A DNA stretch of 33,401 nt from a virus (taxonomy: Duplodnaviria; Caudoviricetes): the IMG/VR virus record IMGVR_UViG_3300020413_000035, positions 1 to 33,401 of that record; one strand, given 5' to 3'. Below are positions 17,948 through 26,604 of this stretch, piece after piece. Numbering within the stretch: the first letter of the stretch is position 1; the number at the start of each line of letters is the position of its first letter. A model generated the notes under the pieces. The model ran no database searches. It was not told the DNA's origin and saw only the letters and a list, made by a program, of their open reading frames with translations. A program made the translations under genes and the position numbers.

Positions 17948-19994
17948 TAGCGACTTTCACATAGTTAATCTTTCAGCTTATCAGACACCTGAAATAGTTG
18001 AAAATCCAAACGAGGAATTTATTTCTTACGGAGAAGATAACAATTACTACCAAGAACTTATAGATGCTTACCTAAACAGCCCTACGACAGGGTCAATTAT
18101 AAACGGTATAAGCAATCAAATCTATGGCAAAGGAGTAAATGCTCACAATGCATCAAAAAAGCCAAATGAGTATGCTCAAATGAAGTCATTATTTAAAAAA
18201 AAATGCCTTCAAAAAGTAGCAATGGATTTGAAGCTTTTAGGAGAGGCTGCTTTTCAAGTAATTTACAAAGGCAAAAAGGTTGTTAGTGTTTCTCACTTTA
18301 ATAGAGAGACTCTAAGAGCAGAAAAATCTGATGACAAGGGAAATATAAAAGCGTATTATTACCATCCAAAATGGAGTGATTACGAGAACCCTGAGGAACT
18401 GACTAGGATTCCTGTGTTTGGATCAGGTGCAAACAATGAAATTTATATTATTAGGAAGTTTATACCTTCAATGCACTACTATTCTCCACCAGATTGGGCA
18501 AATGCTCTTAATTATAGTAAGCTAGAGTGCGAGATTTCTGAGTATTTAGTTAATGAAGTACAAAATTCTTTTTCAGGGACTAAGCTTGTTTCATTTTCAA
18601 ATGGAGTACCTACTCAGGAAAAACAACATCTCATTAAGAATGAGATTATGAATAAGCTTACAGGAGCAAACGGAGAAAAAGTAATTATTTCTTTTTCGGA
18701 TTCTCCAGAGAGTAAAACACAAATTGAAGATATTTCTGTAAGTGATGCTGCTGATGTCTATTCTTACATCGCTGAGGAGTGTTCTAAAAAGTTACTTTTA
18801 GCCAACAGGATCACTTCACCTCTTTTAGTAGGTATTAGAGATAACAATAACGGATTAGGTAGTAACTCTGAAGAAATAGAAAACGCACACAATCTTTTTG
18901 AGAATGTTGTTATTAAGCCTTATCAAGAACTTATACTTAACGCTATTGATGACATATTAGCTGTAAACAATGTTGCTCTTGATTTGTTTTTTGAAACTCT
19001 TACACCCATTGAATTTGTAGACACAGAAGAGATCGAAACCAAAGAACAAAAAGAAGAAGAGACTGGAGAAATAATAGAAGAGCAATCCCCAATAGTAGAA
19101 GAAGTTGTAGAGGATGACCAAGACATTATAGACAAACAAGCTTCTTACAATGGAGCACAGATTGCTTCTGCTTTGTCAATTCTACAAAACGTAAAGGAAG
19201 GAATAATTACAGAAGATCAAGCTATTGTTTTCTTAGTACAGATGCTTCAGTTTGACATAAATGTTGCAAGGTCAATGTTTAGCGGTAATGGATCACAAGA
19301 ATTGTTTTCTAAAATAGAGCAAAAAAATAAAAAACAATTAAGCATAAGTGAAGAGTTAAAAAACAGAGAAAGCAACGCTGAGATTTTAATTGATTTAGGA
19401 GAGGATGAAGATTTAGAAAACTTTGAGTTAGTTGATGAAAGAGAGGTTGACTATGATCAGGAGGAAGCACTAGACAAAATGTTAAGTTTAGCAACGACAG
19501 GAACTGCAACACCAACTACAGGAACTGCTCGACCAAATGCAAACTCCGACCTTGATGGTGAAACAGAAACAGGTAAAAAATTTATTGTTCGCTACCAATA
19601 CGCTCCACTAATAGTCGGAAAAGACACTAGAGATTTTTGCAAGAAAATGGTAGCTGCAAAAAAAATATATCGCAAAGAAGATATTAAATTAATGGATAAG
19701 CAAGAGGTAAACGCAGGTTGGGGACCTAGAGGTGCAAGTAAATATTCAATATGGCTATACAAAGGCGGTGGATCGTGTAGACATTATTGGCTCAGGAAGA
19801 CATACATGGCAAAAGCAGGAATCAAACCTGATGTAAAAAGTCCACTTACAAAACCTGTGTATAAGCAAGAAAGAGCAAAAGAAGGTATTAGTGAGCCTAG
19901 TAAAAGAAAAGAACCTTCTAAAGTATCAGAAAGACCAAGAGACATGAAGAACAGAGGATTTTTAAAACCAAAAAACTGGACAACACCTAGATAA
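17940..19994 (+). CDS. Portal protein with long C-terminal extension
   Basis: YGEDNNY...Y..SPT...I, YYS.PD and L.G..G motifs; C-terminal FC..M...KGG..CRH.W domain. Confidence 0.75.
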   Translation: MINSDFHIVNLSAYQTPEIVENPNEEFISYGEDNNYYQELIDAYLNSPTTGSIINGISNQIYGKGVNAHNASKKPNEYAQMKSLFKKKCLQKVAMDLKLLGEAAFQVIYKGKKVVSVSHFNRETLRAEKSDDKGNIKAYYYHPKWSDYENPEELTRIPVFGSGANNEIYIIRKFIPSMHYYSPPDWANALNYSKLECEISEYLVNEVQNSFSGTKLVSFSNGVPTQEKQHLIKNEIMNKLTGANGEKVIISFSDSPESKTQIEDISVSDAADVYSYIAEECSKKLLLANRITSPLLVGIRDNNNGLGSNSEEIENAHNLFENVVIKPYQELILNAIDDILAVNNVALDLFFETLTPIEFVDTEEIETKEQKEEETGEIIEEQSPIVEEVVEDDQDIIDKQASYNGAQIASALSILQNVKEGIITEDQAIVFLVQMLQFDINVARSMFSGNGSQELFSKIEQKNKKQLSISEELKNRESNAEILIDLGEDEDLENFELVDEREVDYDQEEALDKMLSLATTGTATPTTGTARPNANSDLDGETETGKKFIVRYQYAPLIVGKDTRDFCKKMVAAKKIYRKEDIKLMDKQEVNAGWGPRGASKYSIWLYKGGGSCRHYWLRKTYMAKAGIKPDVKSPLTKPVYKQERAKEGISEPSKRKEPSKVSERPRDMKNRGFLKPKNWTTPR
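19492..19528 (+). repeat. 21-nt-period tandem duplication (TTGTA TP TTGTA) in the portal extension
   Basis: CAACGACAGGAACTGC / CAACTACAGGAACTGC. Confidence 0.7.
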
Positions 19995-20515
19995 TGGCAG
20001 ACGTATTATTTTGTAGTAAGGAGGATGTAGTAAGAAAATCGACTATGCTATCAGGATCAATAGATGCTGACAGCTTAATTCCTGCTATGCACCTTGCTCA
20101 GACACAATATTTAAGAGAAATAATCGGAACAGATTTATACAACAAATTTGCATCTGACATAACAGCTTTAATAAATAGCGGTACAACCTTTCCTGCTACT
20201 TATAAAGCCTTACTAGATGACTATGTAAAACCAATTTTAGTTCATCTGACAGTCCATGAGTTTATAAAAACTGCTCACGTAACTGTATCAAACAAGGGAG
20301 TGTTTAAGCATACATCTGAGGCATCTACAGATGTTTCTCAATCAGAGTTAAAAGAACTCATACAAGTTGCAAGAGATAGAGCAGAAAGCTACACACAAAG
20401 ATTTTTGGATTATATGAATTTTAATGCATCAGGAAATTTTCCTGAATGGTTTTCAAACAGCAATGCTGATGTAAGTCCGCTACATGAATCCTATACAATA
20501 GATTGGGTAATATGA
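19994..20515 (+). CDS. Putative head-tail adaptor protein
   Basis: AQ...L..IIG.DLY, LLDDYVKP, N.GV and FPE motifs; follows portal. Confidence 0.55.
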   Translation: MADVLFCSKEDVVRKSTMLSGSIDADSLIPAMHLAQTQYLREIIGTDLYNKFASDITALINSGTTFPATYKALLDDYVKPILVHLTVHEFIKTAHVTVSNKGVFKHTSEASTDVSQSELKELIQVARDRAESYTQRFLDYMNFNASGNFPEWFSNSNADVSPLHESYTIDWVI

Positions 20516-20545
20516 TTTATAAAAAAAAGATAATAATATTAATAT

Positions 20546-20737
20546 ATGGCTAATACTATAAATTGGGGCGAGTTATATTGTTCTACTTGGTTTGGAAACA
20601 CAGCCAGTACAACAGATGCAATACCTTTAGCTTCAGCCCCTGCTTGTTGGGCAGAAGATGTTTTAGCTTTAAAAGTAGATACAACTTCTATAATAAGTGA
20701 TAGTACACTAATAAGTGCTGACAGAACAATAATTTAA
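20546..20737 (+). CDS. Small virion-associated hypothetical protein
   Basis: MAN.I.WG..YC..W.G; D-T-x repeats at C-terminus. Confidence 0.6.
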   Translation: MANTINWGELYCSTWFGNTASTTDAIPLASAPACWAEDVLALKVDTTSIISDSTLISADRTII

Positions 20738-20741
20738 AGAT

Positions 20742-21491
20742 ATGGCAAAGACAAATGTAAATACAGGAAGTAGTGCAAATGATGGTACAGGAGACCCTTT
20801 AAGAACAGCTTTTACAAGCGTAAATTCTAACACAGATGAGATATATACTCTTTTTGGTAACGGAACTAATCTTGCAATAAGCGGAGATGCTACTGTTTCA
20901 TCAGGAGCTTTAACTATTGCTAATGATGCGGTAACAACTGACAAAATTCTTAATGATGCGGTAACTGCTGACAAATTAGCAAACTCAATCAATACTGAAA
21001 TTAGTGCTAATACTGCAAAGGTAACTAACGCAACTCATACAGGTGATGTTACGGGTTCTACTTCTTTAACAATAGCAAGTAGTGCTGTAACGACTGCTAA
21101 AATAGCAGGTAATGCAGTTGATTATTCAAAACTAGCAAATGTTTTTATAGCAAAAACTGCAATAACTACATTAACAGGAACAGTGTCCTACGATTGTAGT
21201 GTTTCCTCACTTTTCCAATTATCAGGCGATATAACAGGAGCCTATACAATTAGTCTTACTGGCTACAACAAAGGGCAAGTCATAACAATTTTTCCAATCA
21301 AAGGAAACCAAACTTTAAACCTTGCAGGTGCAGGTAGTTCAACAAATACCTTTAATAAAATTGGAGGTGATTATGATGACGATGGTAGTGCTTCGAATGT
21401 TCTACAAATTGAATGTGTAGACGATTCAGCTACAGACCCTATATTCTTTTATTCAATCGCTACGTTTACCGCAGATTCATCTGATATTTAA
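20742..21491 (+). CDS. Tail fibre/baseplate-attachment protein
   Basis: N-terminal G..ANDGTGDPLR.AF motif; AVT..KI repeats. Confidence 0.7.
   Translation: MAKTNVNTGSSANDGTGDPLRTAFTSVNSNTDEIYTLFGNGTNLAISGDATVSSGALTIANDAVTTDKILNDAVTADKLANSINTEISANTAKVTNATHTGDVTGSTSLTIASSAVTTAKIAGNAVDYSKLANVFIAKTAITTLTGTVSYDCSVSSLFQLSGDITGAYTISLTGYNKGQVITIFPIKGNQTLNLAGAGSSTNTFNKIGGDYDDDGSASNVLQIECVDDSATDPIFFYSIATFTADSSDI
20921..20980 (+). repeat. 30-bp tandem repeat (NDAVTTDKIL / NDAVTADKLA)
   Basis: TAATGATGCGGTAAC repeated at a 30-nt offset. Confidence 0.75.
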
Positions 21492-21495
21492 AAAT

Positions 21496-22413
21496 ATGGC
21501 ATTAGGAAAAAGATTATTAAGTTTTGGTGGTAGCGGAGGCGGTGCTAATGTGCATTTTCTTTTAGTTGCAGGAGGTGGCTCTGGAGGTGGACTTAGTCAA
21601 AAAAGTGGCGGAGGTGGAGCCGGTGGTCTTAGAACATCTTACGCTGCCTCTGGAGGTGGAGGTTCTGCCGAAACACCACTAGTATTTAACACAGGGGTAA
21701 CTTATACTGTAACAGTTGGAGCAGGTGGTGCGAATACAAATTCGCCTGGATTTAAAGACACACTACCGGGAGGTACTTCATCTATTACAGGTGCAGATAT
21801 AACATCTATAAGTTGTACAGGTGGCGGTGGTGGTGGTAGAAACTACAGAGGAGGTGGCTATCACTTGTCAGGACAATCAGGAGGCTCGGGAGGTGGTGGA
21901 AATTCAACCCATTCAGGCGGATCAGGAACCGCAAATCAAGGTTTTGCAGGTAGTGCAGGTAACACGGCTTATGGAGGAGGCGGAGGAGGAAGTGCTCAAG
22001 CAGGTGGCCCTCAAGTATCAGGCTATTCTACTGCAACAGGAGATAGTGGAGATGGTAACGCAGTAAATATTTTAAATGCAACCAATGCAAATACATCTTC
22101 AGTTGGAGACATACATGGTTCTGATGTTTATTATGCAGGAGGAGGTACAGGTGCGATTGGTTATGCAACTCCAGGCAAAGGAGGAGGAGTGGCAGCAAAC
22201 TTTCAAGGACCACAAGGAGCAGGTACGCCAAACACAGGTGCAGGAGGTTCTTCTATCTACAATACCGCAGCTAGATTAGGAGGTTCAGGTGTCGGTATTT
22301 TAAGGTTACCTACTGCAAATTATTCAGGAACTACAACAGGCTCTCCTGATGTTTACACAGAAGGTACTGATACAGTAATTGTTTTTAAAGGAACAGGAAC
22401 TTATACTCATTAA
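21496..22413 (+). CDS. Glycine-rich virion protein
   Basis: LVAGGGSGG...GGGGAGG, YYAGGG and GGSGV.ILR pattern. Confidence 0.75.
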   Translation: MALGKRLLSFGGSGGGANVHFLLVAGGGSGGGLSQKSGGGGAGGLRTSYAASGGGGSAETPLVFNTGVTYTVTVGAGGANTNSPGFKDTLPGGTSSITGADITSISCTGGGGGGRNYRGGGYHLSGQSGGSGGGGNSTHSGGSGTANQGFAGSAGNTAYGGGGGGSAQAGGPQVSGYSTATGDSGDGNAVNILNATNANTSSVGDIHGSDVYYAGGGTGAIGYATPGKGGGVAANFQGPQGAGTPNTGAGGSSIYNTAARLGGSGVGILRLPTANYSGTTTGSPDVYTEGTDTVIVFKGTGTYTH

Positions 22414-22415
22414 AT

Positions 22416-22835
22416 ATGGCACACTTTGCAAAATTAGATTCAAATAATATTGTCACAGAGGTTTTAGTTGTTAAAAATGATATTTTAAAGAATGAGTCAA
22501 ATCAAGAACAAGAATCATTAGGAATTAATTTTTTAAAATCAACTTTTGGCTCTGACACAATATGGGTTCAAACATCATATAATAATAAAATAAGAAGCAA
22601 GTTTGCAGGTACAGGAGATTTTTATGATTCTGAAAATGATGTTTTTTATAGTGAAAAACCTTTTGATAGTTGGACTTTAAATGAAACGACTTGGGAATGG
22701 GAAGCACCAAAACCTTACCCCATAACTTATCCTGAAAACCCTCCAGATGTAAATGCTGAAGATTATAATCCAGATTTATATAAAATTTATGATTGGGATG
22801 AAGAAAAACAAAAATGGGTTGAATTAACAGAATAA
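22416..22835 (+). CDS. Conserved partner of the glycine-rich protein
   Basis: MAHFAKLD..N.V..V.VV, W.QTSYN, KP..SW.L, W.AP.P.P. Confidence 0.7.
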   Translation: MAHFAKLDSNNIVTEVLVVKNDILKNESNQEQESLGINFLKSTFGSDTIWVQTSYNNKIRSKFAGTGDFYDSENDVFYSEKPFDSWTLNETTWEWEAPKPYPITYPENPPDVNAEDYNPDLYKIYDWDEEKQKWVELTE

Positions 22836-22840
22836 TTCCA

Positions 22841-22993
22841 ATGGAAGATATGAGGATATTTGGACTCTATGCTGCGAACATATTTGCTCTAGCATTTAGT
22901 GTAAGCGAAATAAATGGTGTTCTACAAATGCTAGTAATGGGTGCAACCTTAACCTTTACAGTAATACAAATTTATAAAGCCTTAAAAAAATAA
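22841..22993 (+). CDS. Small membrane protein, holin-like (50 aa; not in ORF track)
   Basis: Two hydrophobic segments and a basic C-terminus; first gene of the lysis region. Confidence 0.6.
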   Translation: MEDMRIFGLYAANIFALAFSVSEINGVLQMLVMGATLTFTVIQIYKALKK

Positions 22994-22996
22994 AAT

Positions 22997-23110
22997 ATGT
23001 TTTTCGGAATATCATTTAGACAAAATCAAATACAAGGTATCAGAATAAATCGCATCAAAGAAAGATTTGCTTCTTTATACCGACCAATATCTAAACCCTA
23101 CGACAAATGA
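22997..23110 (+). CDS. Small basic hypothetical protein (37 aa; not in ORF track)
   Basis: [10 protein letters not shown]...PYDK; fills the gap, ATGA overlap with 23107. Confidence 0.5.
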   Translation: MFFGISFRQNQIQGIRINRIKERFASLYRPISKPYDK

Positions 23111-23517
23111 AATTACCTACTAATGGAGTTGCCAAAGATATAAGACATTTCGCAGGAAGTTTGTTAGTATTTTTTTTAGTTATTATTATACTTTTTTATC
23201 TGACAAAGTATTCAATACCTAATGAAAACGCACAGATAGTAAATACCTTAATAGGTATGATAGCAGCAAGTATAGCTATGGTAATAGCCAGTATTACAGG
23301 CAGAAACCCTGATGACCTTGAAGCTGCTAAAAAGAAGATTAGCAATCTTGAGATGAAGATAGAAATGCTTGTACAGGCAAAAGATACGCTTGAGAGTATG
23401 CTTATCAAAGTACAAGATGATACAATAGACAGACTGCTATTAAGTAAGACACTACAATATGATGACTGCAAGTCAGGAAAATGCGGATGTAAAAACAAAT
23501 GCAAAGATGAGTCTTAA
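23107..23517 (+). CDS. Two-TM plus coiled-coil membrane protein with Cys-rich tail (lysis module)
   Basis: Two hydrophobic helices, heptad region, C-terminal [12 protein letters not shown]. Confidence 0.6.
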   Translation: MKLPTNGVAKDIRHFAGSLLVFFLVIIILFYLTKYSIPNENAQIVNTLIGMIAASIAMVIASITGRNPDDLEAAKKKISNLEMKIEMLVQAKDTLESMLIKVQDDTIDRLLLSKTLQYDDCKSGKCGCKNKCKDES

Positions 23518-23875
23518 ATATTTTAAACATGAAGAATTTGACAGCCCTGACCTGCCAAATAGTGGTGTTAACATGGATAGTGATTTCTTGCAAAAGCTCG
23601 ATCATGCACGTGAAATTGCAGGGATTCCCTTTAAAATCAATTCAGGGTACAGAACTAAAGAACATAACGATGCCATCTATTTTGGTAAAAAACCAATTAA
23701 ATCTTCTCACCTTATTGGAAAAGCAGTCGATATCGCTTACTCAAACTCGAGAGAAAGATGGCTTATTATTACAGCCCTACAAGACGCAGGGTTCAATAGA
23801 CTGGGAATCAGCAAAGGATTTGTACACGCTGATACAGATGAAACCAAAGCACCTAATGTCATCTGGACATATTAG
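23507..23875 (+). CDS. Endolysin, peptidase M15 family
   Basis: INSGYR...HN, SSHL.G.AVDI, F.H.D; likely start MSLKYF at 23507. Confidence 0.85.
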   Translation: MSLKYFKHEEFDSPDLPNSGVNMDSDFLQKLDHAREIAGIPFKINSGYRTKEHNDAIYFGKKPIKSSHLIGKAVDIAYSNSRERWLIITALQDAGFNRLGISKGFVHADTDETKAPNVIWTY

Positions 23876-23901
23876 CGGAACAGCAGGAAACACTTTAAAA
23901 A

Positions 23902-24321
23902 ATGTCAAAAACTAAAAAAAAGTTTAAAGACACAGCAGTAGGTTCTTTTTTACTGCAAAAAATACCAAAAGTTGTAGGTGCGATAGCAGAAGATACTCCT
24001 GTCGGAAATGTAATACAGGCAATTATTGGTGGCTCAGATATGAGTGAAAACGATAAACAAATTGCCTTAGAAAAGTTAAAATTAGAGCGTGCAGAAATGG
24101 ATGGTGTTACACGCAGATGGGTTGCAGATGCAAGATCTGGAACTTGGTTAGCAAGTAACGTAAGACCGCTAGTTTTAGTTTTCTTAACTACTAGTTACGT
24201 AGTTGGTTGGTATTTAGGTTACCCATTAGATGAAATTACAGGATTGCTTACAATTGTGATTGGTGGATATTTCGGAAGCAGAGGAGTAGAAAAAGTATTT
24301 GGTAATAATAAACATAGATGA
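23902..24321 (+). CDS. Holin (3TM/GTA-holin-like)
   Basis: RW..D...WL..NVRPL and GGYFGSRG.EK motifs; C-terminal TM helices. Confidence 0.7.
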   Translation: MSKTKKKFKDTAVGSFLLQKIPKVVGAIAEDTPVGNVIQAIIGGSDMSENDKQIALEKLKLERAEMDGVTRRWVADARSGTWLASNVRPLVLVFLTTSYVVGWYLGYPLDEITGLLTIVIGGYFGSRGVEKVFGNNKHR

Positions 24322-24395
24322 CCTGTCCACATTGCATAGCGGTTTTTTTAATAGCATTAGTTCTATTAACAAAAGAAATATGGCAAAACAAATAA
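24318..24395 (+). CDS. 25-aa CPHC plus hydrophobic helix microprotein (not in ORF track)
   Basis: MTCPHCIAVFLIALVLLTKEIWQNK; ATGA overlap with holin, overlaps the next start. Confidence 0.5.
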   Translation: MTCPHCIAVFLIALVLLTKEIWQNK

Positions 24396-25096
24396 GACCA
24401 AGAATTTCAGCAAATTTAATTCCTAGTTACTATAACCTTATAAAAGCTGAAAAAAGAATTTTAGTAATCGGTGATCTTCACGAACCTTTTACACATCCTG
24501 AATATTTAGATTTTTGTAAAACTCAATATGCAAACTATAATTGCAACCAAGTGATTTTTATAGGAGACATAATTGATTCACATGGTTGGAGTTACCACGA
24601 AGCAGACCCTGATGGAATGTCAGCAGGAGATGAATTGAGCGTTGCTATTAAAAAGATTGCTAGATGGTACGAGGCTTTTCCTGTTGCAGATGTATGCATT
24701 GGCAATCATGATAGATTAGCATCTAGAAAATTGTTTACAGCAGGTGTGCCACAAAAATGGATCAGGGGCTATAATGATGTATTAGGAACACAACAATGGA
24801 ACTGGGTAGAGGCAATAGAATATGACAATGTACTCTATGAGCATGGAGAAGGTGGACAGGCACAAGCTAAAGCAAAAAACAACATGATGTCAAGCGTATG
24901 CGGACATACTCATACAGAAGCATATGTAAGGTGGTTTGTAGGTAAAAAATTTAGATGTTTTGCAATGCAAACAGGTTGCGGTATTTCTCCAACGACATAT
25001 GCTGCTGCTTATGCAAAGAATTTTAAAAGACAAGCACTAGGTGTTGGAATTGTTATAGGTGGACATACTGCTTTTAACCGTATGATGGAGTTATAA
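24380..25096 (+). CDS. Calcineurin-like metallophosphoesterase
   Basis: GDLH, GDIID, GNHD, HG and GHTH motifs; likely start MAKQ at 24380. Confidence 0.85.
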   Translation: MAKQIRPRISANLIPSYYNLIKAEKRILVIGDLHEPFTHPEYLDFCKTQYANYNCNQVIFIGDIIDSHGWSYHEADPDGMSAGDELSVAIKKIARWYEAFPVADVCIGNHDRLASRKLFTAGVPQKWIRGYNDVLGTQQWNWVEAIEYDNVLYEHGEGGQAQAKAKNNMMSSVCGHTHTEAYVRWFVGKKFRCFAMQTGCGISPTTYAAAYAKNFKRQALGVGIVIGGHTAFNRMMEL

Positions 25097-25136
25097 AAAA
25101 AAGGCAACCCATCTACGAAAATGAAACTGCCTTTTT
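25095..25136. terminator. Bidirectional intrinsic terminator with large loop
   Basis: AAAAAGGCA...TGCCTTTTT. Confidence 0.6.
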
Positions 25137-25172
25137 AGATTGTAAAATGTTTTTTGTGAACTACTTTTTACA
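25095..25172 (-). ncRNA. Candidate ~75-nt small RNA
   Basis: Minus-strand TATATTTG (25176-25183) upstream, TGTAAAA/TTTTACA hairpin, terminator with U-tract; no ORF. Confidence 0.4.
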
Positions 25173-25208
25173 TTTCAAATATAACGAAAATCTTTTAATT
25201 TTTAGCTA

Positions 25209-25231
25209 AACCGTAAGTAATAACGTAAGTA
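25209..25231 (+). repeat. Integrase arm-type direct repeats (left pair)
   Basis: AACCGTAAGTAATA ACGTAAGTA, 12-nt period. Confidence 0.7.
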
Positions 25232-25264
25232 AAAAAACAAACCCCTAGCATTTACAGGGGTTTT
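25231..25264. terminator. Bidirectional terminator downstream of the tRNA-like att core
   Basis: AAACCCCT-AGCATTTAC-AGGGGTTT flanked by A/T tracts. Confidence 0.75.
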
Positions 25265-25274
25265 CGTGATTTAT

Positions 25275-25290
25275 TGTAGCCCGTAGGGGA
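25275..25290 (-). other. attP: attP core matching the 3' end of a tRNA-Glu
   Basis: Minus strand TCCCCTACGGGCTACA matches the 3' end of Bacteroidota tRNA-Glu as I recall it; between arm repeats, next to the integrase. Confidence 0.75.
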
Positions 25291-25318
25291 CTATAACCTT
25301 TGATTTAAATTTTGAAAT

Positions 25319-25356
25319 ACTCAGTAAAACAGTACATATTTACTGGGGTTTTTTAT
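25319..25356 (+). terminator. Hairpin plus T-tract upstream of integrase
   Basis: CAGTAAA...TTTACTG followed by a T-run. Confidence 0.5.
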
Positions 25357-25391
25357 TTTTTTCTTTTTTTTATCTCTTTTTAATACTTTTG

Positions 25392-25414
25392 AACCGTAAG
25401 TAATACCGTAAGTA
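25392..25414 (+). repeat. Integrase arm-type direct repeats (right pair, abutting the int ATG)
   Basis: AACCGTAAGTAATA CCGTAAGTA. Confidence 0.7.
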
Positions 25415-26604
25415 TGGGTTTCTTTGTCGATTCTAAAACTAAAATTTTATTTTTCCATTTTTATTTATCAGGCGAAAGAAGTGCATACAATACAAAGATA
25501 AAAATAAAAAAAGAAAACTGGGATTTAAAAACACAAAGACCTTATACAAGAAGAGGTGAAGTTGGAAAACAAAACAGAGATATAACAAACACATTAAATG
25601 AATACCAAAGGGCATTTGAATTACTTAAATCTCAATACAAAGAGGCTTTAACTAAAAAAATAGTAAAACAGCAATTTGATAAATACTTTCATAATGTCAA
25701 AGAGCCAGTATTAAAAAAGTATTATTCTGAGTTTTACAAGGAGTTTCTACAAGAGAAAACAGAAATGCAATCTTTAACCAGACATTCTGTATCTAAATAC
25801 GTTGTACTTAATCGTAGGATTGAGGAAATGGAAAAATCAAACAATATCAAATATTCTTTAACTGACTTTAATAATAAATTTTTTGTGAAGTTTATTAGTT
25901 ATTTAAGAACAGACTTAGACATATCAGACAATACACTTTCCAGATACATAACAGCGTTTAAGTCTTTTTTAAATTGGTGTGCTAAAAATGATTACGATGT
26001 AAACAATGACTATAAAGATGTAAAAATTAAAGAAAGAGAAACTTCACAAATTCATTTAACAGATGAAGATTTAGTAGTATTAGAAGAAGTCAAACTTTCA
26101 AAATTTTTAGACTACTATAGAGACCTTTTTTTAATTGGTGTTTACTCAGGACAAAGGTTTAGTGATTATCACAGATTTAATAAGAAGTACAGACAAGGTG
26201 ATTTTCTTATTATAAGAGCAAAAAAAACAAGCGAGTTTAGTTACATTCCACTTACTAATAAACTTTTAAATCTTTTAGACAAATACGATTGGGTTTTTCC
26301 AAAGATAAGTGGTCAAAAATTTAATCCTCATGTTCAAAAAATTTGCAAGATTGCAGGGTTTGATGAAATTATACAAATAGATAAATTTTACGGAAACAAA
26401 AAAGTAAGCAAAGATGTTCCAAAATGGAAACTTATTGCTAGTCATACTGCACGAAGAACGTTTATAACCTTATCAGAGCAAAAGAATGTGCCTATAAGTA
26501 TGATTATGCAAACAACAGGCATAAAGTCTTTGAAAACACTTAGAAACTACATTAAATTTGATAAAGACAAACTGTTTGAAGCTATTTCTGAGGCTTGGGA
26601 TTAG
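25414..26604 (+). CDS. int: Tyrosine integrase
   Basis: GQRFSD (R), KKT (K), HTARRTF (HxxR), RNY (Y); N-terminal arm-binding and SAM-like domains. Confidence 0.92.
   Translation: MGFFVDSKTKILFFHFYLSGERSAYNTKIKIKKENWDLKTQRPYTRRGEVGKQNRDITNTLNEYQRAFELLKSQYKEALTKKIVKQQFDKYFHNVKEPVLKKYYSEFYKEFLQEKTEMQSLTRHSVSKYVVLNRRIEEMEKSNNIKYSLTDFNNKFFVKFISYLRTDLDISDNTLSRYITAFKSFLNWCAKNDYDVNNDYKDVKIKERETSQIHLTDEDLVVLEEVKLSKFLDYYRDLFLIGVYSGQRFSDYHRFNKKYRQGDFLIIRAKKTSEFSYIPLTNKLLNLLDKYDWVFPKISGQKFNPHVQKICKIAGFDEIIQIDKFYGNKKVSKDVPKWKLIASHTARRTFITLSEQKNVPISMIMQTTGIKSLKTLRNYIKFDKDKLFEAISEAWD

Noticed and set aside
20512-20553. 13-codon ORF MIYKKKIIILIYG between adaptor and next gene
   Set aside because: Too short and low-complexity to support
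21821-22279. Two +1-frame ORFs inside the glycine-rich gene
   Set aside because: GGN codon runs suppress stops in the shifted frame; the V/E/Q-rich products look like shadow ORFs
6452-22835. Diversity-generating retroelement or invertible tail-fibre cassette
   Set aside because: No reverse transcriptase, invertase or TR/VR pair seen
397-23605. Many minus-strand ORFs of 60-125 aa opposite structural genes
   Set aside because: Fully antisense to well-supported genes, with no motifs or start context
25275-25300. Possible tRNA gene
   Set aside because: Only the 3'-terminal 16 nt match and no cloverleaf forms; treated as the attP core
25209-25414. Possible mini-CRISPR array
   Set aside because: Repeats are only 9-14 nt in tandem pairs with no spacer periodicity; no cas genes
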